Program-made: the position numbers and the translations under genes | Notes under the pieces: model-generated | Database searches by the model: none | Seen by the model: only the letters and a program-made list of their open reading frames with translations | What the model was told of the DNA's origin: nothing | From: Squalus acanthias | Taxonomy: Eukaryota | Assembly: GCA_030390025.1 (NCBI GenBank) | Contig: CM059432.1 | Span: 127,102,001-127,166,000 of the forward strand | DNA length: 64,000 bases | Reading direction: 5' to 3' | Shown: positions 1-12,723 of the stretch, one piece after another | Layout: each line of letters begins with the position of its first letter | Numbering within the stretch: the first letter of the stretch is position 1

Positions 1-522
1 TTTTATTGTTATATATAAATGACACTGACGTGGGTATAGGGAGTACAATTCTGAAGTTTCCGGATAATACGAAATTTGGCAACGTAGTAACTACCAGGAT
101 GATGGACTTCAGTTATGTGGAGAGATTGGGAAACTGAGATTATTCTTAGAGCAGAAAAGGATAAGCGGAGACCTAATAGGAGGTATTCAAAATTATGAGA
201 GGTTTTGATAGAGCAAGTAGGGAGAAACTGTTTCCTTTGGCAAGTGGGTCGGTAACCTGAGGTCATAGATTTAAAATAATTGGCAAAAGAACTAGAGAGG
301 AAATGAGGAGAATTTTTTTTCCACACAGAGGGTTGTTAAGATCTGGAACGCACGACCTGAAAGGGTGGTGGAATCAGATTCCCTGGGAACTTTCAAAAGA
401 CAATTGGACATAAACTTGAAGTGGACTAATTTGCAGGGTTATGGGGAAAAGCTGGGATGTGGGATCAAATTGGACAGCTCTTTCAAAGAACAGGCACAAC
501 AGGCTAAATGGGCTCCCTTCTA
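1..522 (+). mobile_element. CR1-clade LINE 3' fragment (degenerate ORF2 C-terminus and 3' UTR)
   Basis: Similar to the CR1 3' ends elsewhere in the window (gaaatgaggagaattttttt...agagggttgttaagatctggaac); ORF 365-565 reads VESDSLGTFKRQLD..LQGYGE. Confidence 0.8.
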
Positions 523-559
523 TGATTCTACCACCTTGCCAAGTGGTATAGATGAACAG

Positions 560-2790
560 ATCTAGCAGCTCAAAACTTGGCATCCATGTAGCACTGTGGG
601 CCTTCAGCAGTATTGTATTCCACCACAAACTGTAACCTCATGGCCCAGCATATCCCTCACTCCTCCATCACCATCAAACAAGATGACCAATCCTGGTTCA
701 ATGAGGAGTGTAGAAGAGCATGCCAGGAGCAGTACCTGGCATACCTGAAAATTAGGTGCTAACCTGGTGAAGCTACAACACAGGACTACATGCATGCTAA
801 ACAGCGGAAGCAGCATGCTATAGATAGCCAAGCGATCCCACAACCAACGGATCAGGTCAAAGCTCTGCAGTCCTGTCACATCGTGGTGGACAGTCAAGCA
901 ACTAATGGGAGGAGGAGGCCCCATTCTCAATTATGGCAGAGCCCAGCACGTGAGTGCAAAAGACAAGGTTGAAGCGTTTGCAACCATCTTCATCCAGGTG
1001 TGCCGAGTGGATAATCTTTCTCATCCTCCTCCTGATGTCCACATCATCAGAAATGTCAGTCTTCAACCAATTTGATTCACTCCACGTGACATCAAGCTAT
1101 GGCTGGACACAGCAAAGGCTACAGGCTCCGACAACAGCCCAGCTGTAGTGCTGAAAACTTGTGCTCCAGAACCAGCCTCGCCTCTAGCCAAGCTGTTCCA
1201 GTACAGCTACAGCACTGGCATCTACTCAACAATGTGGAACATTGCTCAGGTATGTCCTTTCACAAAAAGCAGGACAATTACTGGCTTATCAGTTTACTCC
1301 CAATCATCATCAAATTGATGGAAGGAGTCATCATCTGTGCTATCAAGGCACATTTACTCACTGGTCCTGGTGGAACCCAAACTGAGCATCATTCAGCTCC
1401 AGACCCCATTACAGGAAACTCTCTTTTAACCGGCACCCAAATAACCGGAAATCTCTCTTAACCGGCAAAATTCTTGAGTAGGTAACCGGGGTTTTCCTTC
1501 ATCTCTCCTTTAAAAAAACCCCGAGGCATTTGCCTTGTATCGGAGCATGTAGATTGGGAGGGGAATGTGCAGCCCGGGTAGGCAGCGGACACGACAGATG
1601 GTCAGCTGGCGGTCCCCGGGGAGACGGAGCTCCGAATGCAGGCGCATGTCAGTGTGTACGGGGCTCTCGTACGTTGGGAGATATAACTCTCCGTTATCCG
1701 GACTTTTTGATTAACCGGCACCACGCCGGTCCTGTCGGTGCCGGTTAATAAAGAGTTTCCTGTACAACCTTGGTCCAAACATGGGAAAAAAAAGAGTTGA
1801 ATTCCTGAGGTGAGAGTGACTGCCCTTGATATCAAGGCAGCACTCAACCGAGTGTGGCACCAAGGGGCTCCAGTAAAACTGAAGTCAATGGGGATCAGGG
1901 GGAAAACTCTCCAGTGGCTGGAGCCATACTTAGCACAAAGGAAGATGGTTGTGGTTGTTGGAGCCACAGAATATCACTGCAGTTCCTAAGGGTGTATCCT
2001 AGGCCTAACTATCTTCCCTTCAACACAAGATCAGAAGTGGGGATGTTCAGTTCGCTGATGATTGCAGTGTTTAGCTCCATTCACAACTCCTCAGATAATG
2101 AAGCAGTCCATGCCCGTATGTGGCAAGACCTGGACAACAAGCAGGCTGGTAAGTGGCAAGTAATTTTCATGCCACACAAGTACCAGGCAATGACCATCTC
2201 TGACAAGAGACCAACCACATTCTCATGACATTCAATGGCATTACCATCACTGCATCCTCCACCAACATCATCCATGGGGTTACTATTGACCAGAAAAACA
2301 TCCGCATAAATGCTGTAGCTACTAGATCAGGTTAGAGGCTGCGTATTCTATGGTGAGTGTCTCATCTCCTGACTCCCCAAGCCTCTCCCCCACCTACAAG
2401 ACACAAGTGAGACTTGTGATGGAATACTTTCCACTTGCTTGGATGGGGCAGCTTCAACACTCAAGAAGACCGACACCATCCAGGACAAAGGAGTCTGCTT
2501 GATCCACAGTCCATCCACCACCTCAAACATCCACTCCTTCCACCACTGGCGCACTGTGGCTGCAGTGTGTACTATCTATAGGATACACTGTAGCAACTCA
2601 CCAAGGCTTCTTCAGCAGCACCTCCCAATACCGTGAGCTCTACCACCTGAAAAGGCAAGGGCAGCAGGTGCATAGGAACAATTACTTCCAAGTCACACAC
2701 CATCCGGTCTTGGATATATAATCGCCGTTCCTTCATCCTTGCTGAGTCAAAATCCCACAAGTCCCTACCAAACAGCACTGTGGGAGTTTA
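560..2790 (+). mobile_element. Degenerate RT-bearing LINE of the CR1/L2 group (a family distinct from HER1-type CR1), interrupted by a MITE
   Basis: Frameshifted RT remnants (ISLLPIIIKLMEGVI; gcccttgatatcaaggcagca = ALDIKAA; ttcgctgatgat = FADD); same family recurs at ~10660-11160 and ~29320-29700. Confidence 0.7.
1412..1762. mobile_element. Non-autonomous Tc1/mariner (pogo/Tigger-like) MITE
   Basis: ~25-bp TIRs CAGGAAACTCTCTTTTAACCGGCAC / GTGCCGGTTAATAAAGAGTTTCCTG, TA duplicated at 1410-1411 and 1763-1764; host LINE resumes after it; subterminal TAACCGG repeats. Confidence 0.85.
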
Positions 2791-3560
2791 CATGGAGGGA
2801 GAGATTAAGGAAGGACAGTGAACTCAGAGGAGGGAGGGCAAGGTGAGTTGAGAGGGAGGTTGAAATCATCAAAGATGAGAAATTGCTCAATGCAGAGGCT
2901 GAGGGAGGAAAGCAGTGAAGATATCTCGGTGAGAAAGTTGGCTTGGTACTTGCGTGGGCAGTGGAAAGCAAGCAATTTAAAAGGATAGGCGAGATGCTCA
3001 AGGGTGGAGAAGGTGTCAGGGGAGTAGGGGTAGAGACCAAGGTGAGATTTGGTGACGAGGGCCACACCACCACCACGGCGCTCTGGGCGGGGGATGTGGT
3101 GGAAGGTATAGCCAGGCAGTCAAGGCCATGATGTCGATGACTATTTTGAACTGTGAAAAATAAATATTCAGTAGAGTTGTCAATTTTAGGCTTCTAAATG
3201 TCAGTTGTGTACAATCATTCGCAATAAGGTCATGGCTGATAAAGGGCCTTTTTCACAAATGAACAGACATTCTGGAGGGAAATGCGGAGAGGGGTGGTTA
3301 TAGTTGATCCGCTGGCAGAGCCCACAGGGTCAGCAGCGGAAAGGGTGCCTCGATGGGTCCTTTGGAGGATGCCGAGAGGCACAGAGGGAAGCTGTAGACC
3401 TATCCAAGAGGGAGCCAAGCCTGAGACGGCAGCAAGAAAGTAGGAAGGTCGAGGAGTAGTGAAGTGTTGGGGTAGGGGGCAGAGTACCCGAGAGGACAGA
3501 AATGAAAGGAGGCATGATGGCAGAAGGGCTTAAGAGGGGTGCACAGAAGAAAAGGGGAAA
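2790..3560 (-). mobile_element. L2 LINE fragment (endonuclease region, degenerate)
   Basis: Minus-strand remnants PLRISLQNVCS and FLIFDDFNLPLNSPCP; pyrimidine-rich sense strand like the other L2 pieces here. Confidence 0.6.
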
Positions 3561-4687
3561 TATAAGCTAGGGTCCACCAAAATGCACACAGGAACGGACA
3601 CAGAGAAACTCGGGTTACCTAGACGTGGCAAAGATTAGGATAGATATGCTCCAGTAGTAAAGTCAGGTACAAGACATGTATCTATTTTTGTGCCAGTAAA
3701 ACAACAGCATCTCGCTGCTGACTGAAATGTCGGTAGGCTGCGATGGTTATAGAGAACAATCAGATGAGTATCACAACTGACTGCGCTGTTTGTGCAATTC
3801 TCCAGCACTCCATGCCCTGCATTTCAGTCAGATGCAAGACTCAGCTGTTCGAATAATGCACAGCTGACTATATTTGGTCATCAGGCTAAACCCTACTGGA
3901 TAATCTAAGAAAATAGGGAGAAACTGGCTCTCATGGAACCATTCCTGTTTATCCTTATCAACATGCCACTTAAGTGGCTTTTATTGTATAGCTCAAAAGC
4001 TTCTCTGTACACACAACTGACATTTGGAAGCCTAAAATCTATAACTCTACTGAATATTTTCCACAGTTCAAAAGAAGATTTCACTGGTTCACCATTACAC
4101 TTTTACTGAATTCCTATTAGCAGCACTGGTATCAGACCATTTTAGAGTAAAGTTACTTTTAACAGTATGCCTGATTTTGAAAGGGTAGACTTGTAAACAC
4201 TAGGAATCTCTTCAGAATAGTTTATTTTGCAACTCTGGGTCCACATATATTTCCAGTGATAAAAGGGAGAAAATAGTTCAAAAGGAATCAAGTACTGTAT
4301 AATACTGTACAGCTATTAACTCCAGTTGAAATGCCATAAAGCCCCAATTATCAGCTTTCCTTTGATCCATGTTTGCAATTATACATGAACTGGGCCAGTG
4401 GGAGTCAGGGCTTTAACTGCCTGGCTGGAACTTCAGGGTGGATATTGTGTGCACTTTAAACTTCCAAGCACACTTCATGCCTTTTTGCTGCCCCATACAA
4501 AATTCACTCAAGAATAAAATATACTGCACAGAATCCTTTATAGCAGGAACGGAGGTTGGGTCTGGTGCTGTCATTTTTGGGCTGCTACTTCAGTTAGTTA
4601 CTGTTAGTTGTTGTTGTTAGTGGCACAGCTTAATCACCAATTTCACCAGGTGGACCCCCACTGCTATGGCAATTAATTGGAGTTCCA

Positions 4688-5372
4688 CATTCTGCAGTTA
4701 TATAAGGTATTGGTGAGACCGCATCTGGAATACTGCATACAGTTTTGGTGTCCATACTTAAAAGACATACTTGCTCTCGAGGCAGTACAAAGTAGGTTCA
4801 CTCGGTTAATCCCCGGGATGAGGGGGTGGACGTATGAGGAGAGGTTGAGTAGATTGGGACTCTACTCATTGGAGTTCAGAAGAGTGAGAGGCGATCTTAT
4901 TGAAACATATAAGATTGTGAAGGGGCTTGATCGGGTGGATGCAGTAAGGATGTTCCCAAGGATGGGTGAAACTAGAACTAGGGGGCATAATCTTAGAATA
5001 AGGGGCTGCTCTTTCAAAACTGAGATGAGGAGAAACTTCTTCACTCAGAGGGTAGTAGGTCTGTGGAATTTGCTGCCCCAGGAAGCTACATCATTAAATA
5101 AATTTAAAAAAGAAATAGACAGTTTCCTAGAAGTAAAGGGAATTAGGGGTTACGGGGAGCGGGCAGGAAATTGGACATGAGGCTGAGTTCGGATCGGTCG
5201 AGGCCCTGTGGGTGGCGTAGCGGGCCCAGGGGCTGAGTAGCCGGGTCCTGCTCCTACTTCTTGTGTTCTTTAGATTTGAGGTGAGGATCAGATCAGCCAT
5301 GATCTTATTGAATGGCGGAGCAGGCTCGAAGGGCCGATTGGCCTACTCCTGCTCCTATTTCTTATGTTCTTA
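4688..5372 (+). mobile_element. 5'-truncated CR1 (HER1-like) LINE with a duplicated 3' tail
   Basis: ORF 4677-5180 LQLYKVLVRPHLEYCIQFWCP...RGDLIETYKI; ends with the tail ctcctgctcctatttcttatgttctta. Confidence 0.9.
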
Positions 5373-6358
5373 TTCCACTGTACAGCTGCGTGAAATTTGT
5401 TTAAGTACAAAGTGCCAGATAACTTGAATTAAGTCATTCGGAATTAAGAGTATACTGTATGGTCAATCTTGACTGAATCCTCTCCAATCACTTCTTCACA
5501 CTAAACGTCTAACTTCGCACTGTCGGGGGTCATTTCTGTTCTGACCTATCCACTGAACATTAAAACTCAAATAACAAACACCCTTCGTTTGGATATGGGG
5601 GGTGGAGATTACTTCTGCCCACTTTTGCTCGAATGTATTTCTACAGTCTTGTTAACAGTGACCAAAGGAAATCCAACCACCCTCGAAGGGTCCTGCAGGC
5701 TACAACAAGAGAAATTACTTACTCCAATTAAACAGAACAGTGGGGTGTGTGTTCTTATGTGTGGTGGAAAATATGTAAACAAGGCGTTTTCCAATTCAAC
5801 ACAAAAAATGTTTTATCCCTCTACACCTTAAAATATATATTTTTTTTAAATTATAACAGTGTCACCTGAAACATTTACGATAGCTCTGACCGACTTCACT
5901 CCCTGACAATGTGTAAATCAGCTGTGGTGTGATTTGCTGGCCCGGCGCTGTCTGCACACTCCTGCATGCCTGGCTCCGGCTGTCGCCGCTTCACTGTCTA
6001 TTATTACCACACGCGCAGCCGGCGCTATTGTCCACGCGCAACAATGGCGCCAATCCGGCCGGTGCCGGTCCCAGCCGGAACAGGGCCACCACCGACTATC
6101 GCAAACACAATCACCACCGGCACCACACACACCCCCCTAACACTTTCTGCTCGACCGGCGCGCCTTTTGGGGAAAAAAAACAGAAACGGATGGGCGGCGG
6201 GGAGGAAAACTCAAACAAAACACACAATTAAGCTGCATAATGCTGTTTGTTCTAATTCACTGGAGCAAAAAAAAAAGCTATTTTTAAAAACGCAGTTTGT
6301 TATCCGATCCCACCTTTATATGATTTAAAAGTAGGGTACTGATAGGGGTTTTCACAAG

Positions 6359-6363
<5 letters not shown>

Positions 6364-6392
<29 letters not shown>
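6364..6392. repeat. (TA)n microsatellite
   Basis: About 14 consecutive TA units. Confidence 0.95.
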
Positions 6393-6395
<3 letters not shown>

Positions 6396-7637
6396 GTGTA
6401 TGTGTGTGTTAATATTGGGAGCTGATGGGCGGGGTGGAAATTAACTGTTTTTCCTCTCTGGCTACAATTCTTGGAAAGTTTCTTGTCGCCAAAACAAACA
6501 TAACCGGAGCAGGAAGGTTACCATTAAAAATATATATGTATTATATTTAAAAAAAAACACGCATCAAAGTTTCCATCATTCTCGTTATTTTAGAACCATG
6601 TCAGAGTTTCCAGTTCATATTGTTTTTTTGGATTACAGCGATGGATTTCCAAGACCCGAGCCTGACAGCCCATGAACCCGAACCCAGCCGCTCCACTCTC
6701 CCAGTCAAAGTCACGGGGGCTTCGGGGTGGTAGTGGGGTGGGGAAAAGTTTGTTTAACTCGAGCAAGCGGCTGGCAGGGCTGCCTTGCCTGGAAGTTTGG
6801 TGGACAGGTGTTGCGTCAATTTGCCCCTGCCACATGGACGGCGGCCATCATTGCGCCACTTTCTGATTGATAACGTAGCGAATGGTGCCGTGCCGTTAGT
6901 GGCAGGCACCAGGACCTCAACATAAAAAGTTAAACTGCTGAGCGGCCCTTGACAGGAAATATAACATCGCGCCTTGGTTGGAAGCGCCCTAGTTTGGACT
7001 TGGGATATAAAAATGTGCAGTGAAATAGGGTGTGCGCCACTCCTTCGTCTCCCACTTCATGCCAGGGCAGGAAAGCAGACTCTCTGAACAACTACATTGA
7101 ACAGAGCTTGTCTGCGGATCTCACGCTGCTGTCGGTTTTTTTTTTAATTTTTAAAATAGAATTCCGTTCTCAACCGTCCCTGAAGTCCAACTTCAGCGCA
7201 TGCTGACGTAACGCGACTGACAGCCCTCTCTAGCCATACAGAAGCGAGGGACGCTCTCCCATTCCGCCAATCAGCGCGCCAGACAGCCAGCAAGGGGGCG
7301 GGGCGTATTGCAAAGGACGTTGGGACCTCCGAGCTCGCCTTCAAGCTGAAACGATGAAGGCCAACCAGAAGGGCCAGCTGTGTGTATGCAGGCGCACGCA
7401 CTCCTTCAAACACCACCAACGCGTCCAGCTGTCCGCTCGCGATCCAAACCCCTCACATTACTTAAATGTCGATCCCACTCGTTGGTTCACAGCCCGTCTA
7501 ACCACAACCAAGGCCTTTGTCACACCAACACCCCACCCCCCCCTCCCTTCCATTCGACTCATTGAATGAACGCTTTCACACATTGAAGAAACATGGCATC
7601 TTCGTGCTCAGGGGGAAAAAACACCAAATGTACTCAC

Positions 7638-7855
7638 GTGAGATAACGGCCCAAAAGATTTGGTAAAGCGTCTTCTCTTTTTAGGCGGAATTTTTAAAAA
7701 GTAATAGGGGGACCCACAAGAGAAAGACAACAACCGCCCTTTGCCATAAAAAGCTCGTCCCGGTCGAGGTGGAAGGAGCGACGCACACAGTACAATCTCA
7801 GCAGCATACAGTATATAAAAGGAGCAGCCGTCCGCCCAACGCGCGCTTTTATAGG
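7638..7855 (-). promoter_or_regulatory. Candidate minus-strand TATA core promoter and first exon
   Basis: CCTATAAAAG (7855-7846) followed ~30 nt later by a pyrimidine initiator-like CTCCTTTT (7824-7817); splice-donor-like GTGAGTA at 7637-7631. Confidence 0.45.
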
Positions 7856-9069
7856 CTCGGTCGGATACCCGGATGCTGCTGGCTCCTCCTCCTCCACACC
7901 GAGGTCCTGGTTACCACAACAACCGCCCGAGCGGCCCCGGGCGGCATTGACGCAGCCAGACCTCACACAGCTCCTTTTGGACAGCAGCTGCCTTAACCTT
8001 GCGCCGGCTTGTGCGAGTCTCCGAGAAGGTTTGGTCCGAGACGGCGGAATATAATAAATCTTTTGGTATTTTCATTTCTGCTCCAGTACCACGGCGTGCT
8101 CACGCCATCACGCGCGACAGCAGGACTCGGGGGTTGGGATTCTTCTATATTCGTGTCTGTGGGTTGGAAATAGTATTTTGGGGGGGAAATAGGTTGCTTC
8201 AGCTAGCAGTGTGAATGCATTTTTAAAATTAGTGTGTGGGAGATGCTCACTTGTTTGTCAACTAGTCCTTGTTTCTCTTCTGTACACAATTCTGAGTTTG
8301 ATAAAACGACGAATCCGCTCGTGGGGCAATTTTGTCTGTGTGTGTGTAGTCACTCTGAGATGTATATATCTTCACTGCAGCAGACTTTAAATTAACCTAA
8401 ACTTGGGTAATTCGTAATTAATCACGTTAATCTGCATGTGGTACAATTTCATTCAGCTATTCCCTCCACACAGCTTGCTATAAAGTTAGCGCAATTTTGT
8501 ATTCGCGACAGAGCAGCAACTTCGTAAGCAATGGTTTAAAGACTTTTTTTCTTTTACAAATAATGACTATCTTATTTTTTAAGAAAATAATCAATCTCTA
8601 AACTGTATCGCCCCTCTATCTGTGTAAACTGCTTGATGTGCGTGAGCCTTGGAGACCAGAGAGGGGAAAAAAGGGGGTATGTATGTACCGCCAGACATTG
8701 CAGAATTGCTGTTTGTGGTTCTGTATATCCTTGATGTTGCCATTTGCGATCCTCAAATCCCGGTAATCCGACACTCGACACTCAAAGCCCAGACAACTCA
8801 GTACCATTTATATTTTTTTTGTTGGTTTGGTCTGTGTGAATTTTGTCAACTTGGATTTTTCCTCTTAGCACTGTTGCCTCATTGTGAATAATCCTCAACC
8901 AGAATACTGAGATCTGGTAGTATTAGCAACTTGAGCAGTATGCCTTTTCTGTTAACCCACAAGGAGTAATTGGGTAGCCCCAGTGTCATCAATTCAAATA
9001 AAAGAAATCTAACAAAAGTTAGAGGGGCACAATTAATAAAACTCAAATCATAAAAAGAGAAAGGAAACT

Positions 9070-9277
9070 TATTAAATTAAATAATAATATGCCCTGTACC
9101 CACTACACACACCAGTCCCTGCAGTGCCCACAGAAGGAAGGTACCAGTGGACACTGTGTGTTCCTTCTCCAGGACCATGCAGGCGCGGACAAAGCTGTGG
9201 AAGAGAGGCAGGCAACCAGAGCGACTACCCCCACGACTGCGTCCAACCTGGCATACTGGTAGCTATCCACAGATCCA
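9070..9277 (-). mobile_element. Tx1/L1-group LINE ORF2 C-terminal fragment, abutting a short plus-strand CR1 tail (9278-9316)
   Basis: Minus strand reads CLPLFHSFVRACMVLEKEHTVSTGT..WALQGLVC, which I recognise as resembling fish Tx1 ORF2 C-termini. Confidence 0.55.
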
Positions 9278-9596
9278 AATGGCCTACTCCTGCTCCTATT
9301 TCTTATGTTCTTATGTAATCTTTGTTAATGGCCTTTGAGTTTCGCTGTATGTATCCTTTCCACTCTCAAAAATAATAAGCTTGACTACCCCCACACTATT
9401 ATGACTTAGTCAAGAGATTCTCCTTTGAGTGCACTTGCTCCCAGTCATTGGGAGCAATAGACATTGCTTGAAGAACTGTTGAACAGGGGGATACCCGCTG
9501 ATGCTGTCCAGAATGATTCATATTCGAGAGAGAAAGGTGTGATACGGTTTTTAATCACAACTACCTGATACAGAACTGTGCGTCTGTTTAGTGTGA

Positions 9597-10522
9597 ACAT
9601 AGGAAGGAACGTAGAAACAGGAGTAGGCCATTCAGCCCCTTGAGCATGTTCCACCATTCAATTAGATCATGGCTGATTTGTATCTTAAACTCCATCTACC
9701 TGCCTTCATTTCGCAACCCTTAAAATCCTTACCTAACAAAATATCAATCTCTGTTTTGAAATTTTCAATTGACCTAGTGTCAATAGTTTTTTGGGGGAGA
9801 GAGAGTTCCAGATTTCCACTACCTTTTGTGTGAAGAAGTGCTTCCTGACAACACCCCTGAACGGCCTAGTTTAATGTTATGCCCTCTTATTCTGGACTCT
9901 CCCACCAGAGTAAATAGTTTCTTTCTATCTACCCTATAAAATCCTTTAATCACCTTGCACACCCCTTAATCTTCTATATTCAAGGGAATACAAGCCTAGT
10001 CTATGCAACCTGTCATAACTTAACCCTTTTAGCCCCAGTATCATTCTGGTGAATCTGCGCTGCACTCCCTCCAAGGGCAATAGATCCTTCCTGAGGTGCG
10101 GTGCCCAGAACTGAACAGAGTACTCCAGCTGGGGTCTAACCAGAGCTCTGCACAGCTGTAACATAACTTCTACCCTTTTGTATTCCAACCCTCTTGAGAT
10201 AAAGGCCAACATTTCATTAGCCTTTTTAATTATTTTTTTTGTACCTGTCTACTAACTTTTAGTGATTTCCGTACGTGAACCTCTAAATCGCTCTGCTCAT
10301 CCACAGTTCCTAGCTTCTCGCCATTTAGAAAATACTCTGATCTATCTTTCTTGGATCCAAAGTGGATGACCTCACACTTTCCCACATTGAACTCCATCTG
10401 CCACAGTTTTGCCCACTGACTCAATGTCCCTTTGCAACTTTCTGCTCCCATCTACACTATTTACTGTGCCACCAAACCTAGTGTCGTCAGCAAATTTAGT
10501 TATACAGCTCTCTATTCCTTCT
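9597..10522 (-). mobile_element. CR1 LINE 3' fragment
   Basis: ORFs 9946-10212 and 10230-10451 (KFADDT, WQMEFNVGKCEVIHFG, RPQLEYSVQFW); CR1 tail near 9600. Confidence 0.9.
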
Positions 10523-10701
10523 AATTGTGCCAAGTAAGGTTGCTGCATGAGACATATTGAATAAGATGCAGGGACACCTGGATAGAAGGCTACAGGGAAG
10601 GGCTTTACAAAAGGATATGGGTATACTGAACAATTTTTCATGCTGAGACAGATCATTGACTTAGTCAAAATCCTGTAACTCCCTACATAATAACATTGTG
10701 G

Positions 10702-11107
10702 ACGCTTGAATGAACGAACAAACAATTGAATGAATGATCGAATGATCGAACGAACAATGCCAGTAGGACTGGCGTAAAACAGGTTTTTTTTGTTGGTTTA
10801 TTGGAATAAGTGTTATCTGTAGCATTTAATTGGATTATGATGGTGCTGAAATGGTTTTTGTTTTATGTGGAGTTAACTTTGAGATTTATTATTTTAAATC
10901 TAAAAAGTTGTGTGTATTGTTCAAGGGTATTTGTACTGTAAACATTGATTATTTGTAAAATTAATCATTGCATTTATATTAACTTTAAGGCTTTATTTTT
11001 TACTGTGATGGATGAATGTAATGGATTTACTATGTAATAGATTTACTATGTAATTGATGAGTTGTATAAGTATTATTGTATTTGAATAAAAATATTACCC
11101 AGAAAAA
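10702..11107 (+). mobile_element. Retroposed AT-rich 3' UTR, probably an L1/Tx1 3' end
   Basis: 13-bp TSD AATAACATTGTGG (10689-10701, 11108-11120); AATAAA near 11085 followed by a short A tract. Confidence 0.7.
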
Positions 11108-11213
11108 AATAACATTGTGGGAGGAGCCTTCACCACACGGACTGCAGTGGTTCAAGAAGAATGAGGAAAAACTTCATGATAATGAGGTGGAAGTAGTGGG
11201 CCCCAGTTTCTAT

Positions 11214-12016
11214 GGGCTGGATTTTGCCAATGGGGAGCTTTTGGAGGCTCCATAAACTTCTGGCCAACCCACGCTATTTTACCTTGATTGACCTTGTTAA
11301 GCCCGCCCAGTGGGTTTAGCAGGCCAATTAAGGGAAAGCCGGTTACAGAGAACGTCAACGTATGACGTTTCATCTGTCAAAAACTTTTGACAGATGAATT
11401 GTCATCGTTTGACAGCTCTGTGAAACTGTCAAACACTGACATTCTCTGTAGTTTGATGAGTTCTTTAATTCAAGACTCATCAAACCTCTTTATTTAGCAG
11501 AAATTAGATGGTTGCTGCATTGGAGAATGCAGCGGCCATCTGTCATCTCTGCCGCGGAGGTGCGAGACTCTTCGCATACCCAACTCTTGAAGCCTGCAGG
11601 AAGAAACAAAGGTAAGTAAACTTTTACTAACACTTTCCACTTACTTCACATACTCACCTCTCCACACTTGCACCCATCACTTACCTCCACAGCGCACTTT
11701 TGCACCCCTCCGACCCCTGCAGACCCACTGCTCGCCTCGGTGACCCTGGTGGGGTTCGGAGCCTTCGGGAAGCCCGCACTTGTGTGGGCAAAATAGGGAT
11801 AATCCTCTTATCTGCCTGTTAACAGGCAGATAAGTCGCACTAATCCCTTTCCCGCCTCCAAGGAGACGGGACCCGGCGCGGGTTGGCTACCTGCCTCCTG
11901 GCAAGATGGCACGGAGGCAGGTTGGGGGCGGGTTGGGCACCTGCCCCCAGATTCTGCCATTTTCCCCGTTGTCCCGCCTCCATACCCGCCTCCCCAGGGC
12001 TGGCAAGATCACGCCC
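11214..12016. mobile_element. PIF/Harbinger-like MITE with multiple internal hairpins
   Basis: Imperfect TIRs GGGCTGGATTTTGCCA / TGGCAAGATCACGCCC; left end matches the TIR of the 20070-20730 element; TSD not clean. Confidence 0.65.
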
Positions 12017-12097
12017 ATAATGTGGGAAACTAAAACCAAGCAAAGTGTGATATGAGAAAAAGGTGAAAGGACACCTTGCTTTAGCTGGAAGTATTAG

Positions 12098-12723
12098 GAC
12101 TAATTTTAACTCTCGATGGGAGTTGAGCAGTTTGCGGCCGAGGCAGACGGCATACCTCATGAAGTCGGGAGATTTTTCCTCCTGGGCTTCATCTGCGTAG
12201 GCCCTGTCGGTGTCCCGCCCAAACCCCAGAGGGAAGTGCTTGCTGGCCGGTGGCCAGAAGTGGTATTTCGGCCAGCAGGAGGTACTGCTGGGGACCCGAA
12301 GGAACAGTCCCCGGCAGTCAGGTAAGTGGTTGGTAGGGGAGTCAGATGAGCATCGCGATCAGGAGAGGGGGAGGGAAGCCTGGGCAGAGGAGTCCCAAGG
12401 TTTCCTGCTCCTCCTGAGCCACAAGGAAAAAAAATAATCTTCCTTTCTGGGGATATTCTGTTCCCAGCTCCTCTTGGCACCAGGTTGGCCTGGCGGGGCA
12501 ACTTCAATGGCTTCCTTGCGCAGGTCTTGGGTTATAATTGTAGTCGGGGGCCCAATGATGTAATCGGAGCCCAATATGCATATATGGTGAAGGATGCCCA
12601 CCTAGCTTCTGGCAGGTGTCCCATTCGCCTGCTTAACAGAGCAGGTTAAGATTGCAATCTGTGGGAAGGCACTCGGGTCGGTGCACGAAAATCATTCCAG
12701 GTGGGTAGGATTAAAATGGGCCC
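12098..12723. mobile_element. Possible degenerate MITE
   Basis: GC-rich block bounded by weak inverted ends ggactaattttaac / attaaaatgggccc. Confidence 0.35.

Larger units (their letters stand above)
5900..8200. promoter_or_regulatory. CpG island / promoter region of an unidentified host gene
   Basis: Non-repetitive and CpG-dense versus CpG-poor flanks; CCAAT box (ccgccaatcag ~7264-7274), GC box (gggggcggggc ~7294-7304), CRE-like TGACGTAA (~7204), YY1-like GGCGGCCAT (~6840), E-box CTCACGTGAG (7633-7642), TATA boxes at 7812 and 7853. Confidence 0.75.

Noticed and set aside
5918..8214. Short ORFs in the CpG island as host CDS
   Set aside because: No recognisable protein similarity; expected by chance in GC-rich sequence; gene identity not assignable
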